Source: Eledone cirrhosa
Taxonomy: Eukaryota
DNA length: 64,000 nt
Direction: 5' to 3'
NCBI GenBank assembly: GCA_964016885.1
Contig: OZ024740.1
Span: 129,890,001 to 129,954,000, forward strand
Positions 24,938 to 36,532 of the stretch are shown here, piece by piece; positions within the stretch are counted from its first letter, which is position 1, and every line of letters starts with the position of its first letter. Made by a program: the position numbers and the translations under genes. Below the pieces are notes generated by a model. The model had not been told where the DNA came from, made no database searches, and worked only from the letters and a program-made list of their open reading frames with translations.

Positions 24938-25315
24938 TACGATATTAAATAAATGGAAACTGTATTTATAAAACCATATCTATTTCATTATATATATTTC
25001 AGGGATATCATATTAAAAATATGGTATGCCCTCTTCAGACAAAATACAATATAAACAGTCTTATAAATAGATAGATTTGACACACCTTACAACTTCAACT
25101 TCCATTTAAAAAGTTGATTTGGTAGTACTACCAAATCAACTTTTTAAATGGAAGTTGAAGTTGTAAGGTGTGTCAAATCTATCTATTTATAAGACTGTTT
25201 ATATTGTATTTTGTCTGAAGAGGGCATACCATATTTTTAATATGATATCCCTGAAATATATATAATGAAATAGATATGGTTTTATAAATACAGTTTCCAT
25301 TTATTTAATATCGTA
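24938..25315. repeat. Apparently perfect 378-bp palindrome (189-bp arms, no spacer) containing a hammerhead-like motif
   Basis: Centre 'ggtagt|actacc' at 25126/25127. Motif 'tattttgt CTGAAGA ggg..ccct GAAA tatata ta atgaaata' at 25207-25272, mirrored on the left arm. Confidence 0.88.
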
Positions 25316-25406
25316 AATATACTCCAAATACTTGTTGAGTGCTTTTATATCAGTTATAAATATTTACTCGTTGTAACCCAACAATTTAAATAAAACTTTG
25401 CATATA

Positions 25407-25471
<65 letters not shown>

Positions 25472-25499
25472 TAATATATATATATATATATTTTTTTTT

Positions 25500-28400
25500 C
25501 TAGGGCGGGTAAAATTCCCGAGATCCATGGACGAGATATCACCAGCGGTCTCTGTCCATCATTATCGCTGCCATGTCCTGCGTCTCCAACAGACCATTGT
25601 CTGTCCTTAGGGCATCAACATACGTTAGCCTTGGCCTTCCTCTTCCAGTGTGTCCTTGTATGGGCTCCTACAGGAGCACTAAGTGCAATGTCAACCCTGG
25701 ATGCCGGTGAGTGTGTCTAGCTAACCTCTGTCTCCACTGTCTCATTATTCATACATCTCTGAGTTTTTCATCCTCAGTCTATACTGATTAATGTTCAGAG
25801 ACATCCTCAGCATTATTATGTAGCACCCATCCACCATCTGAGTGAGATTGTTGTTCAGTGTCCAAGTCTCAGACCCGTACAGCAGCACAGGCTCCACTAC
25901 AGCAATGAATATGTGGATTTTCAGTTCTTTACGAAGGTTCGACTTCCACACCGATATCAAGCTGTGGCACGCCGCCCAGGCCTTGCTCTTCCTATCAACC
26001 ACATCATATTCCGTATTCCCAATCTTTGCTCCCAAATACAGGAAGTCCTCAACCAATTCTAGCGGCATCCCGCCTACATTAGTGATCCCCTCTGGCTTCT
26101 CAACATTCTCTACCAGATATTTTAGTCTCATTCATTCTCAGTCCCAAACTCATCGATACAGTCTCAACCTCCTGCATCAAATCCTTTGCCTCCTCCAGTG
26201 TATTGGTCACCAAAACTATGTCGTCGGTAAATTCAGCATCCGATATATTTTTCGCCTTAACTCTCCTGCTCTGAGCCGGTGCTACAGTAAAGCCATAGTC
26301 CTGGTGTTTCTCCAGTGCAATGCGCATACAATAGTCCACTACGATGATAAAAAGGTAGGGAGCCAATGTATCTCCCTGGAGCACTCCAGCCAGTATCTCA
26401 AATAACTCTGTCATCGAATCAGGTGTAATGAATTGGGCTTTGGTGTTGGTGTAGAGCAGTGATATCAGGTCCACAGAATCAAAGGCCTTCCTAAAGTCAA
26501 TGAAAACCATTACCGCGGGAAGGCACTTTGCTCTAGCACCCTCTAATATCCTCCTCAGCATCAGGATGTGACTGGTGGCTGATCTTCCCTCCCTGAAGCC
26601 GTTCCGGTTGTCCCTGAGCTTCTTCTCCATCTCAGGCTAGATCCTGTTAAGATTCATCCTGTTGAGGGTATTTGCCACAAGTGACGTCAGAGAGATCCCC
26701 CTGTAGTTGTTGGTGTTAGAGAGATCTCCCTTCTTTGGCACTGGGACGATGTTACTGATCCTCCACTGATTCGGGGCAACTCATTTCTCCAGTTCCTGGT
26801 TACAGAACCCCAGGCTGATATCATCAAAATCGCACATCTTCATCACCTCTAATTCCACTCCATCTTCTCCATGAGCCTTGTCCTCCTTGATCTTATTCTT
26901 GGCTCTCGGAAGCCCCTCTCTGGTGAAGGGCTCTGTCTCAATATCCAGTTCTTCATACAGCCGCCTGATCTCACCAGTGTTCTGGGCTTTGGAGGGCGGC
27001 TCTACTAGTAGGGTGCTAAAATGGTCTAGCCACTTCCTCTTCCTATACTCGGGTCCTGTTCCCTGGATCTAACTCGAACACCTTCTCTTCCTCCCTATGA
27101 TCTCGTTGATGATCATCCAGCTCTCCTTACATCCAGACCTGTCAACCGCTCTCTCCACACTTATGATCTTCTCTATCAGTGCCTCCTCTCTGGCCTCAGT
27201 GTAAGCGGTACAGAGTTCTTTCCTCATCATCTCCACAGTCTCCATCCTCTCATCCGTAGGATCAGCATAGACTTGGTCCTTGTCAGGTTTCAGGTGTTCT
27301 CTGGTTGCACATACTCTTGGGTCTGCAGAGCTGACGTGCTTGTTTTTGTTTTTTCTCCTCGGCCTCAGGGTCTCACTTTCTTCCACCACTTCATTTGTGA
27401 AGTGCCCGTATCTCCTCGTCACACTCTCCTCAGTCCATCCAATCTCTCTCTCCTCTGTCTCTCCACACAGAGCTCTAAACCTGTTCCTCACTTCCACTGT
27501 AACCTCTCCTGTAGCTTATCATCTTCCTTCAAATCTCCCCAGTCATAGATTGCTCTCCGGGGCTGAGCCTTGCTCTTTCTTAAGCTCACCCGGACCTCAC
27601 TCACAAAAGCCGGTGGTCACTACCCAGTGTACTGAAATAGTTGTATCGTTCTGTGTTCAGAACACTATTCCGCCACTTTTTCCTCACCAGAATGAAATCA
27701 ATCTGGGACTTGGACAGGTGCATATCTGAGATGTAGGTCCACATCTTCCCCGATTCTTCATAAACCTTAGGTTGGTCGCTATCAAGTTCGCCTCCAGCAG
27801 GATGTCTCTCAGTAGTCTTCCATTTCGGTTGGTGTTGTTATGGAAGTACCCACAAAGATCTTCACTGCCCTCCTTTCTCAGATGTGCGTTGAAGTCCCCC
27901 AGAACAAGCAGGATGTTGTGAGTTGGTGTGGTGTTGACAGCTCTACACACCTCCTCGTGGAACTCTTCCGCACTCACATCACTGTCTCCCTCGGTTGTAC
28001 TATAGGCTGAGATGACTATTAGTCTTGGGTTTCCATTGAAGGTCACCCTCAACACTTGCGGGGAGACGGGTATTATTTTCCTCACCAATAGACTGTTTTT
28101 TTGCTGAAAACAAAACCCATTCCTCCCAGTGCAGCATTGTGCCAATGTGGTGATGAGGTGGCTCATCTTCACATTGATCACACTCCTCACGGGCTCATCG
28201 TGTAGGATCCTGTGTTCTTGCATTGCAAGTATCTGTATACCACTCTCTTCGAACATATGTCCCAACTCCTCTCTCTTCTCCAGCGTCCGAATAGTCCTCA
28301 CATACAAAGTACCCATTTGGATGGCTCTTCTTCAGGACAAGACTGCATTCTTTATATTTGTCTTAGAGACAGCTGATCCATCATCCACTGGCCCTCCCTG

Positions 28401-28670
28401 TGGCTCTAAGCCAGCAGAGTCATAACGGCCAGACTGCTCCTTGAGAGTGTAATTAGGGGATCTAGCCCTAGTGCTGTTAGATATACTCTCCAAATTTCTT
28501 TTCAATGGCTGACAATACCTTACCGGCGCCACTCGAATACGGTAGTTACCTAACACATAAATAGGGCGCTAACAGGTACTACTACTCCGAGCCAGAGCAG
28601 ACCTGGGAGTTATGAAAACTAGAACTGGAAGCCTGGGCACTGGATGTAGTTTAATGTCATACCCAGGACA
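25500..28670 (-). mobile_element. RTE-like LINE (APE endonuclease + RT), near full length, decayed
   Basis: APE 'MGTLYVRT', 'ILAMQEHR', 'ISAYSTT', 'VLGDFNAH'; RT 'VPVPKKGDLSNTNNYRGISL', 'NGFREGRS', 'FIDFRKAFDSV', 'GVLQGDTLAPYLF', 'FTDDIVL', 'FLYLG', 'VLLYGSETWTL'; flanked by (TA)n. Confidence 0.92.
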
Positions 28671-29067
28671 TATATATATATATATATGCATTAACAAATA
28701 ATAATTGGATACCAAGTTAAAGAACATACATAGCTTGTAAAATGTCGAATAGTTTCAAATACCATATCGAGTAAAAAAAAAATCACAGATGTATAGTATT
28801 CTTCCAGGATTTAAGTATTTGATACTGATGTTTCATGAGCGATAATAGAAATGGACGAAAACATAAGATGGATCACTCAATCATCAGTTGAACGGATTGT
28901 TTTCTACTCACCTTCATAGCTTCAAATTAGGTTTGAAACGCATATGGTGAGGAAAGTAATAATATGAGGATACATACAGGTTAACAGGAATGGCAGAAAT
29001 AGCAGTGTATTTGGTCTACATAGAACCGACTCTATTGAAATTTACTGTTAGGAGTAGAAATATATAT

Positions 29068-29582
29068 ATATAAATGTAATCTGAGTTTTTCGAATATTAA
29101 CAATAACATTCGATTCGTTTGCAATTTTGCAAAAAAGCCTCAATTGTATAGCCATATCAGTAGATTGAACCGTTCACTCTTACTCTTTTGTTGGCATGTG
29201 AACAGAACTGCATACACTAATGTTTTGGGGTATCACCCTTCATCAGTACAGATCACTGTTCACCTGCCAAACTGTTATAGCTAGTGAAAATATATGCTAT
29301 TTTCAAAAATACACAGAGACTGATCGGCCTGATTTGCATATTAGCAGACTGGCTGATCAGTCAGATCTGCATATTAGGAGATCCACTGATCAGCCAGATA
29401 TGCATATCACCAGACTGGCAAATCAGTTTCCTGCATACGAATAGTTCTGTTCACATGCCGACACAAGACCAAGAATGAAGGTTTCATTCTACTGACATGG
29501 CTATACAATTGAGGCTTGTTTGCCAAATTGCAAACGAATAGAATGTTATTATTAATATTCGAAAAACTCAGATTTCATTTAT
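29068..29582. mobile_element. Foldback element: ~140-bp diverged inverted arms enclosing a hammerhead motif and 33-bp octamer-bearing repeats
   Basis: 29068-29210 is the reverse complement of 29441-29582. Minus-strand 'ctgta CTGATGA agggtgatacccc AAAAC attagt GTA tgcag' at ~29207-29251. Repeats at 29331, 29364, 29397 and ~29428. Confidence 0.75.
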
Positions 29583-29640
29583 TGTATTCAGCCATGTAGA
29601 GCGAAAATGACCTTTTTTATATATACATACATATATATAT

Positions 29641-29750
<110 letters not shown>

Positions 29751-30253
29751 TGTTATAGTTTGGGAGGGTTATGTTGCCAATAAGAAACACACGCACCAGA
29801 TGCTTTCACTTCAATTTATTATAATATATTTATAAATTTAGGAATTTATAAATTTCTGGTTGGTTGGTTGGTTCCACAACCCGGTGGTTGTTTATATATT
29901 GTCAAAGGTCTTTCGTCACACATTCTGTTACCTCTTCAATGACTGGGATTATTTTCTTTGTTTTTTGTGCCTCTCCTTTGTTCTGTCCTATGCCACACCA
30001 AAACAAGATGGTGTATGACAGAACAAAGGAGAGGCACACAAAACAAAGAAAATAATCCCCAGTCACTGAAGAGGTCACATACTGTGTGACGAAAGAACTT
30101 TGACAATATATAAACAACCATCTGGTTGTGGAACTAACCAACCAACCGGAAATTTATAAATTCCTAAATTTATAAATTTATTATAATAAATTGAAGTGAA
30201 AGCAGCTGTAGCGTGTGTTTCTTTTGGCAACATGACCCTCCCAATGTATAACA
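29751..30253. mobile_element. Foldback element, ~245-bp diverged arms, each with a hammerhead motif
   Basis: 'gtca CTGAAGA ggtcacatactgtgtgac GAAAG aa CTT tgac' at 30062-30104; the mirror copy at ~29900-29943 has TTGAAGA; abuts (TA)n. Confidence 0.8.
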
Positions 30254-30599
30254 ATATTGGTTTCATCACACGTTTTCAGATAAAGAATCTTGGTAAACAA
30301 ATTTAGAAACGAAATATATATATATATATACATATATGTTTATATATTTGGTTTGATGGGATTTCGATTACAATGTCGTCCCACATCATGACCGCTTCCT
30401 TATGCAGATGGATGGAGAAACATCTGGTCACGTCTGAATACAGTATACATGAATGTTAAGTTGGTATTTCTTTCTCGTCTGCTTATTATATAATAACATA
30501 TATTGAAGCTGTTCAATAACAAGATATCAAAGTGCTACAGGTAGTCACTATATCAAAATCCTCTTTAGGGAATCAGAAATGAATGATAACAAAAATCAA

Positions 30600-31300
30600 T
30601 GAAAAAATTCAAATAATGGAAATTAGATAATTGCCATGAACACTAAGCACAAGTAATGAACTGCTATTGGCGAAATTGCAGTATACCGACTTCATATTGT
30701 TTTTGTAATATTTGTAATCACTGTAGATTGCGATTTGAGTGCAATTTCTCCTGAACATTTAGCAACGTTAGATTTACTCAGGTTTGATTATAAATGTTCG
30801 TTTTTATCTCATATCAGCATATTACTACCCAGTTCATTATTATTAATCCGAGATATTCTGCGCTACATGTTTCTAGCTGGTATATCCGCAGTTTAGGGAT
30901 TATTTCTATGACGCTCCACATCATCTTGCAGCTTGTGGGGTTTCCTCCGAATTTATTGCTGCGTGAAAGTTGTAAAGTATATTTTGGAATCTGCAAACAT
31001 TTGTCTCAACACATGAGATATATACTTCCTCGATTGAGAAAATATTCATTTTAAGTTTGATACATAATTCCAATTCAAATGTATATAACACAATATTCAT
31101 ATATCTATTGTTCCATGACGTTCACTCATTATATTGTCCACATCCATTCACTATATTTTTCTAAAAGGAAGATTCGCTCCTCCATAATTAACCTGCAGCT
31201 ATACCATTGTTTGTTTCACGTAATAACAATTGTATTTCTTTGTAGTTAAAACCAAAGGAATCTATGATCTATGACTTCCATAAAGTACTTGTGAAATGCC
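30600..31300 (-). pseudogene. CR1/L2-like RT remnant
   Basis: Minus-strand traces 'MFADSKIY', 'INSEE', 'KLQDDV' in the expected order after an 'SEW...HGTI' (cf. GVPQG) trace. Confidence 0.4.
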
Positions 31301-33075
31301 GATTGTATGCTGTGATGTAGAAATCTCTGGAAGGTGTTTAATAATTATTTTAATGCTTATGTGATAAATAATTCCGTTATGATACTAGTGAAAATATGAA
31401 TTGTCATTTGTTATTTGAATTTTATTTTAAGCTCTTATTGATATGGCAATATTTCCGAACTTAACAATGATACATTAAAGATACAGCAATTAAAATTATA
31501 ATAGTTACTAAAGAAACAATGATTTGCAATTATATTTATATACATACAGAACTTTCCATTTCGTTTCTAAACATAATGGTATGGGCGAAATTATAGCGCA
31601 CCCCCCAAAAATATATGGATGAAAATATAGTTTTTAAAGGCAATGAAAATTATGTGCAGGCAGATGGCGAAGTTAAATTAAATAGCAATATAATCGTAGC
31701 TATTCAAGGATTAATTAGATTATATTTTCCCTCTATCACACACACTCACAAACACATGCAGACACTCACACAAAACAAACAGACTCGTACGCACACACAA
31801 ACGTTTGCTTTGGTATGCAAATATATGATTAAATTGCGATTAAGCATTTTAAACACGATCCGCTAGAAATGATATTTGTAATAATTTTAAATTTCATTAC
31901 ATTGCACTAAATACATATCAATTGTGGAATGTATAGAAAGATAATGGAGAACTCAAACATAATATTAAACAAGATATATGCAAATCAAATCTGTGATGAA
32001 ATAATATAGAATAAATTATATAAAAATATATAGCTTTGAGGGAAATTTATTCAAGATAAAAAAAAATGAAAAAAAAAAGGATGATTTCTTCTATCATGCA
32101 AACTTCTAGTTTTTGTGATTCCATTTGTTTTTTACTCCAATTAAAAATGAAAAAAAATAGATAAGACCAATAGTTAAAAGACGATCTTTGAGATTTCATT
32201 TTTGGTTCAATAAATATATTTCATTTTAAGGCCGCAGAATAATTGATTAAGTGATGAAAAATCTAGTTGAACACGTTTACGTTGTTCATTTTGTAATCGT
32301 GTCTCATAACTAATGTATGACATACAATTTGGTGGAATTAAGGAACAATATACTGACTTTCTTTTTTTTTAATAAATCTAATTATGCTGTTCATTTGTTT
32401 GTACTGCAGGAAATCGATGTTAATATGTAATTATAGAATATAAATTCCGTAATATTTTAAAAAAGTATATTTAAAAGTATATTTCAAATCTAAGTAACGC
32501 AAAATACTATATTGAAATGATAACGAGTCTGAATTACGAATGTTATAAAATACAATGAAACAGAAGATTGGGGAGAGAGAACAGATTCATATATTTGAAA
32601 TATTAACTTAGTTTGAAGTTATAAATAAGTAGTCAGTAATAGGATATTTCTTCTAGTTAACTAAAAGAACATTTAGAGAATAATATAGTAAAAAAAACTA
32701 TATATGTATAATTGGTTATTTGACGTTTAAAATTACACATGAAATTATATACTGGAGTAGCTGAGTGCGTTCTGTTCGACATGTTATATTTACTTTTGAA
32801 ATAATTGTATAGTAGAATAAAATAAAATAAAACAATTGCGATGTATGAGAAATTAAAAACACATGTCAAAACATTTAATAATATTTTTATATAATTCTAA
32901 TCATATATACGTTTTGATATGAACATTTATGTATCAATCTAATTATGTAACGAACATACTATTGTAACAAAATATCCTTCCAATGCATATACTAGCAGAA
33001 AAACCACCCTTTCCGCCGCATTTCTGCTAGCATGTGTACTGTGCATATTGGTATTTTACGCAAATATATATACAT

Positions 33076-33192
33076 ATAAGTTGAAAAAAAATGAAAACGA
33101 AATTTCATTTCTCACTCTTAGTATGGCACTTACTTAAATGTAAGTATGTATGTATACGTACATACATATATGTATACAGACGTACAGTAGCA

Positions 33193-33279
<87 letters not shown>

Positions 33280-33706
33280 GTACACATACATATATGCATG
33301 CATCAGTTTAGCGGACGCTTATTATAACGCCGCTTTGTTCGTTTGTAAACAAACTGAATAGCCTGAATTTATGCCATACGGTGTTAAGTCAACCACGTCA
33401 CCTTTTTGTTCAACACTGACACAGGAACGATGTACTAGTTTCAAGCTTGTTAGCTATCATCAGCACCGTATACCCATCTGCCAGATAGTTGAACGTTCGA
33501 AAGTATATACTTTCCTTATGAAAATTAACGGCTGAGCAGCCTAATTTGCATATTGAGTGAGTTAAATCGGTCAGGCATACCGAAAACGATAAGTTGAAAA
33601 AAATATGAAAACGAAATTTCATTTCTTACTCTTAGTATGGCACTTACTTAAATGTAAGTATGTATGTATACGTACATACATATATGTATACATACGTACA
33701 GTAGCA

Positions 33707-33756
<50 letters not shown>

Positions 33757-33872
33757 CAGGTACACATACATATATGCACGCATCAGTTTAGCGGACGCTT
33801 ATTATAACGCCGCTTTGTTCGTTTGTAAACAAACTGAACAGCATGAATTTATGCCATACGGTTTTAAGGCAA
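33076..33872 (-). mobile_element. Family A hammerhead repeat, ~1.5 tandem units
   Basis: 'ataagttgaaaaaaa..gaaaacgaaatttcatttc' at 33076 and 33589. Hammerhead at 33427-33469 (reverse complement ACGGTG CTGATGA tagctaacaagctt GAAAC TA GTA CATCGT). Octamer ATTTGCAT at 33544. Confidence 0.82.
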
Positions 33873-33951
33873 TATAAGGCAATGTAATCTAATTATACAT
33901 ACATGCTTATATGCATATAGATATATGTAAATTGAAAAGTAAATTGACAAT

Positions 33952-34625
33952 ATCTTCTTCTTCACCCACTTATTTCTGAGAGGGTCGTAGTTTCAGAGTC
34001 GTTCTCAAACATTCCTTCCAGCGAGTCTGTCAGTAGTAAACATCTATAACTGATCCAGCTGGATCGCAAAGCGTGACCAGCCAAGCTCATGGATGTTATC
34101 TAACTATCTTGCTCAGTGTCTACATCTGGGTCTCTTGCCGGTTGGTTTTGCCTGTAAAATGTGTCCAGCGATTATTTACTGAAACAATTCTAACCACATT
34201 TTCATAATATTGGAGTTGTAATCTCTCAATTCGGAGACGTAGCGGCTCTACCAGGAGTGACTCTCTTGTCTCTGAGTTATGCACTTTATCGACTAATGTT
34301 ACTCCAAAGACCCTTCGGAGGAATCACATTTCTGCCACTTTTATTTGAATTGTATTCTTTTGGTCATTGCTCAAGATCATGATCCTCGGTAAGATTTGGC
34401 AGGAATACCAGGAAGACAGCGAGTTTGGCTTTTACACCTACCTCCCTTCATCGGATTGCTGAATGATGAGACTGGCGTTTTACTGCATCAGCTTTTGCAA
34501 TTATTTCCCTTAATTCAGTCTCCTGCATTCCATCATTCATTATCGCGGCTCCAAGATACTTGAACCTCTCTAACTGCTTCAGTAGAACTCCATTCACATG
34601 TATATAAATTTGAGGGACTTCTGTC
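33952..34625 (-). mobile_element. 5'-truncated RTE-like LINE 3' end with short (GAA)n tail
   Basis: 'VNGVLLKQLERFKYLG', 'KVAEM*FLRRVFGVTLVDKVHNSETRESL', 'GKRPRCR'; tail 'tcttcttcttc' on +. Confidence 0.78.
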
Positions 34626-34794
34626 CACGCGTCCATTGTGCAATGTGTATGTGTGTTTGTGTGAATGTATGTGAGTGTTAAAGGAAGGAAAGGGATACAC
34701 ACCTATATATGTCTAACTTAAAAACAGTGACACATACACACGTGTCTCTAATTTAAGAACGTCGACAATCTCAGGCGTGCGCACATACACACAC

Positions 34795-35412
34795 TGTCCT
34801 ATTACCACACAAGAGCTTTGGTCCGGGCAAACATCCCCTTAATTTTGGAACCGTCTGGGCTGTCCTGAATTTACGGTATTACTCTGTGCTCCTCGTCAAG
34901 AGGCTGGTATCTTACTTGGTACGTCACAGTTAGTGACTCTTTTGCTTCTTCCCACATTCTGGATGCAGCGGTAAGGGCGAGAGCTACACCATCCGAGCTG
35001 ACGGAACAAATCCTAAAATACCGTGTTTTGTCAGCTAATGACATTATCCAGTCTGTGGCGTTCGAGACATTTGAAGGAGTCGGGCTACTGACAGCGAGGT
35101 AAGTTGTGCTGCTCGTTAGGGCACTTGGTTGATCCAGCACATCAGCCTCGCCATCACCCCAGGTAACGCTGCGAACGTTCTGAATTATTAGAAACGTTTT
35201 CCAGGGCTCCTAGTTAAATTGCTATCTTTTGCTTTGGTTGCGTCTTGTTTTTATCACTCTTTCGCCTGCATAGTGTTCTGTGGGCTAAGATGTGTGTATT
35301 ACCTACTTGTATTTTTCTCTTTCTTTTTTCCTTTCCCTTTCCTTTTTTATATATTATATTTGTTAGTGTGTTCGTTCTGTAACCATTATATTAAATGAGT
35401 TTTAAGAAAAAA
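34795..35412 (+). mobile_element. CRE-like non-LTR retrotransposon 3' end (RLE domain + T-rich 3' UTR)
   Basis: 'RALVRANIP..LEPSGL', 'GITL', 'LTWYVTVSDSFASSH', 'KYRVLS', 'VAFETF', 'QHISLAITPGNAANV' match the CRE-type RLE pattern WDVT...K..KY...P.AVET.G...AIQRGNA. Confidence 0.65.
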
Positions 35413-36345
35413 GAGTTAATAAATGAATAAAACTCATAATTGTGTTACACTCTCATCTCCACTTCATCGAACGGTATCATGACTGTATGTGTGTGTCTGT
35501 AAATGTATATGTGTGAATGTATGTTTGTGTGACAGTATGTGTGAATTGATGTGTATGTTTGAGAATTATGTCCGTGAGTGTGTATTTTTATAAGTTTGTG
35601 TTTGCGTGATTATAGTTATATACTCATAATAGTTATATACTCATATATATAGATGTATGTGTGTGCACATTCATACGAGTCAGCGTGTAAAACAATCATA
35701 ATCTCTCTATCTCTCTCATCACACAAACTCTCTTTCTATATGTATTGTAGTTGAAGTGGTGGTCGTGGCGACGATAGACCGGAAGTGCAACTTTGAAATT
35801 ATGTCAATTTCAAATTATTTACTTTTACGAAATTAATTATGTTTACGAAATTTAGTACATTATTTATTCAAAGTAATCCAACTTCTTTTACTAACTGGAT
35901 TAACAGAAATAAACCGTACGCAGTCCCGCAGGCCTTACTTTATTATAGTTTCGATACTTCTGTTTATGTTGAACCTTTTGTCAACTCTGATGACAAAGAA
36001 CTCCTTCTGGTCATATACAACGAATATTTGTCCATACTTTATGCTACATTTTCATATTGTTAGTCTAAATAACATGTTTTCACGCGATGTAGTGACTATA
36101 CTTAAACATAATTTTGCCGAGACATAGATATTATTATTTGGATACAGTTTCAATAGCCCTATTTTTGTAGAATATAAGAACTTCTTATTAAAGTTTATGA
36201 TTTCAATAAGGAAATATGGAAAATAAATATACAATCTGTAACGTTTTTAAAAGTAGATAACACATATATCATTAAATCATATTACGTAAGTATGTGTAAT
36301 CTGATTCAGCTGGTATGTTTGCTGGAGTAAGCTTTCATTATTAAT

Positions 36346-36532
36346 GGTGGATTGGCAGTATCGGTAGAGCGTCGGACGCCATGCTTTCCAGCATAGTTAC
36401 GTCCCTTTACGATCTGAGTTAAAATCCCGCCGAGGTTGACTTTGCCTTTCATCCTTACGGGGTCGATAAAATAAAGTACCAGTAATGCACTGGGTAATTG
36501 CTGGCCTTGTGCCTACAGTAGAAACAATTATT
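36346..36532 (+). mobile_element. tRNA-derived SINE, full length
   Basis: Near-identical to the reverse complement of 6936-7123. Confidence 0.9.

Noticed and set aside
29315-29440. 33-bp periodic repeats resembling a CRISPR array
   Set aside because: Degenerate tandem units without unique spacers, no cas genes, eukaryotic context.
35770-36090. ETS motif CCGGAAGTG and a possible minus-strand exon ending in a GTAAGG donor
   Set aside because: Single short motif; all frames hit stops near the candidate acceptors and the peptide is unrecognisable. A non-coding exon cannot be excluded.
36346-36435. tRNA gene
   Set aside because: The A/B boxes belong to a multi-copy SINE head; no cloverleaf.
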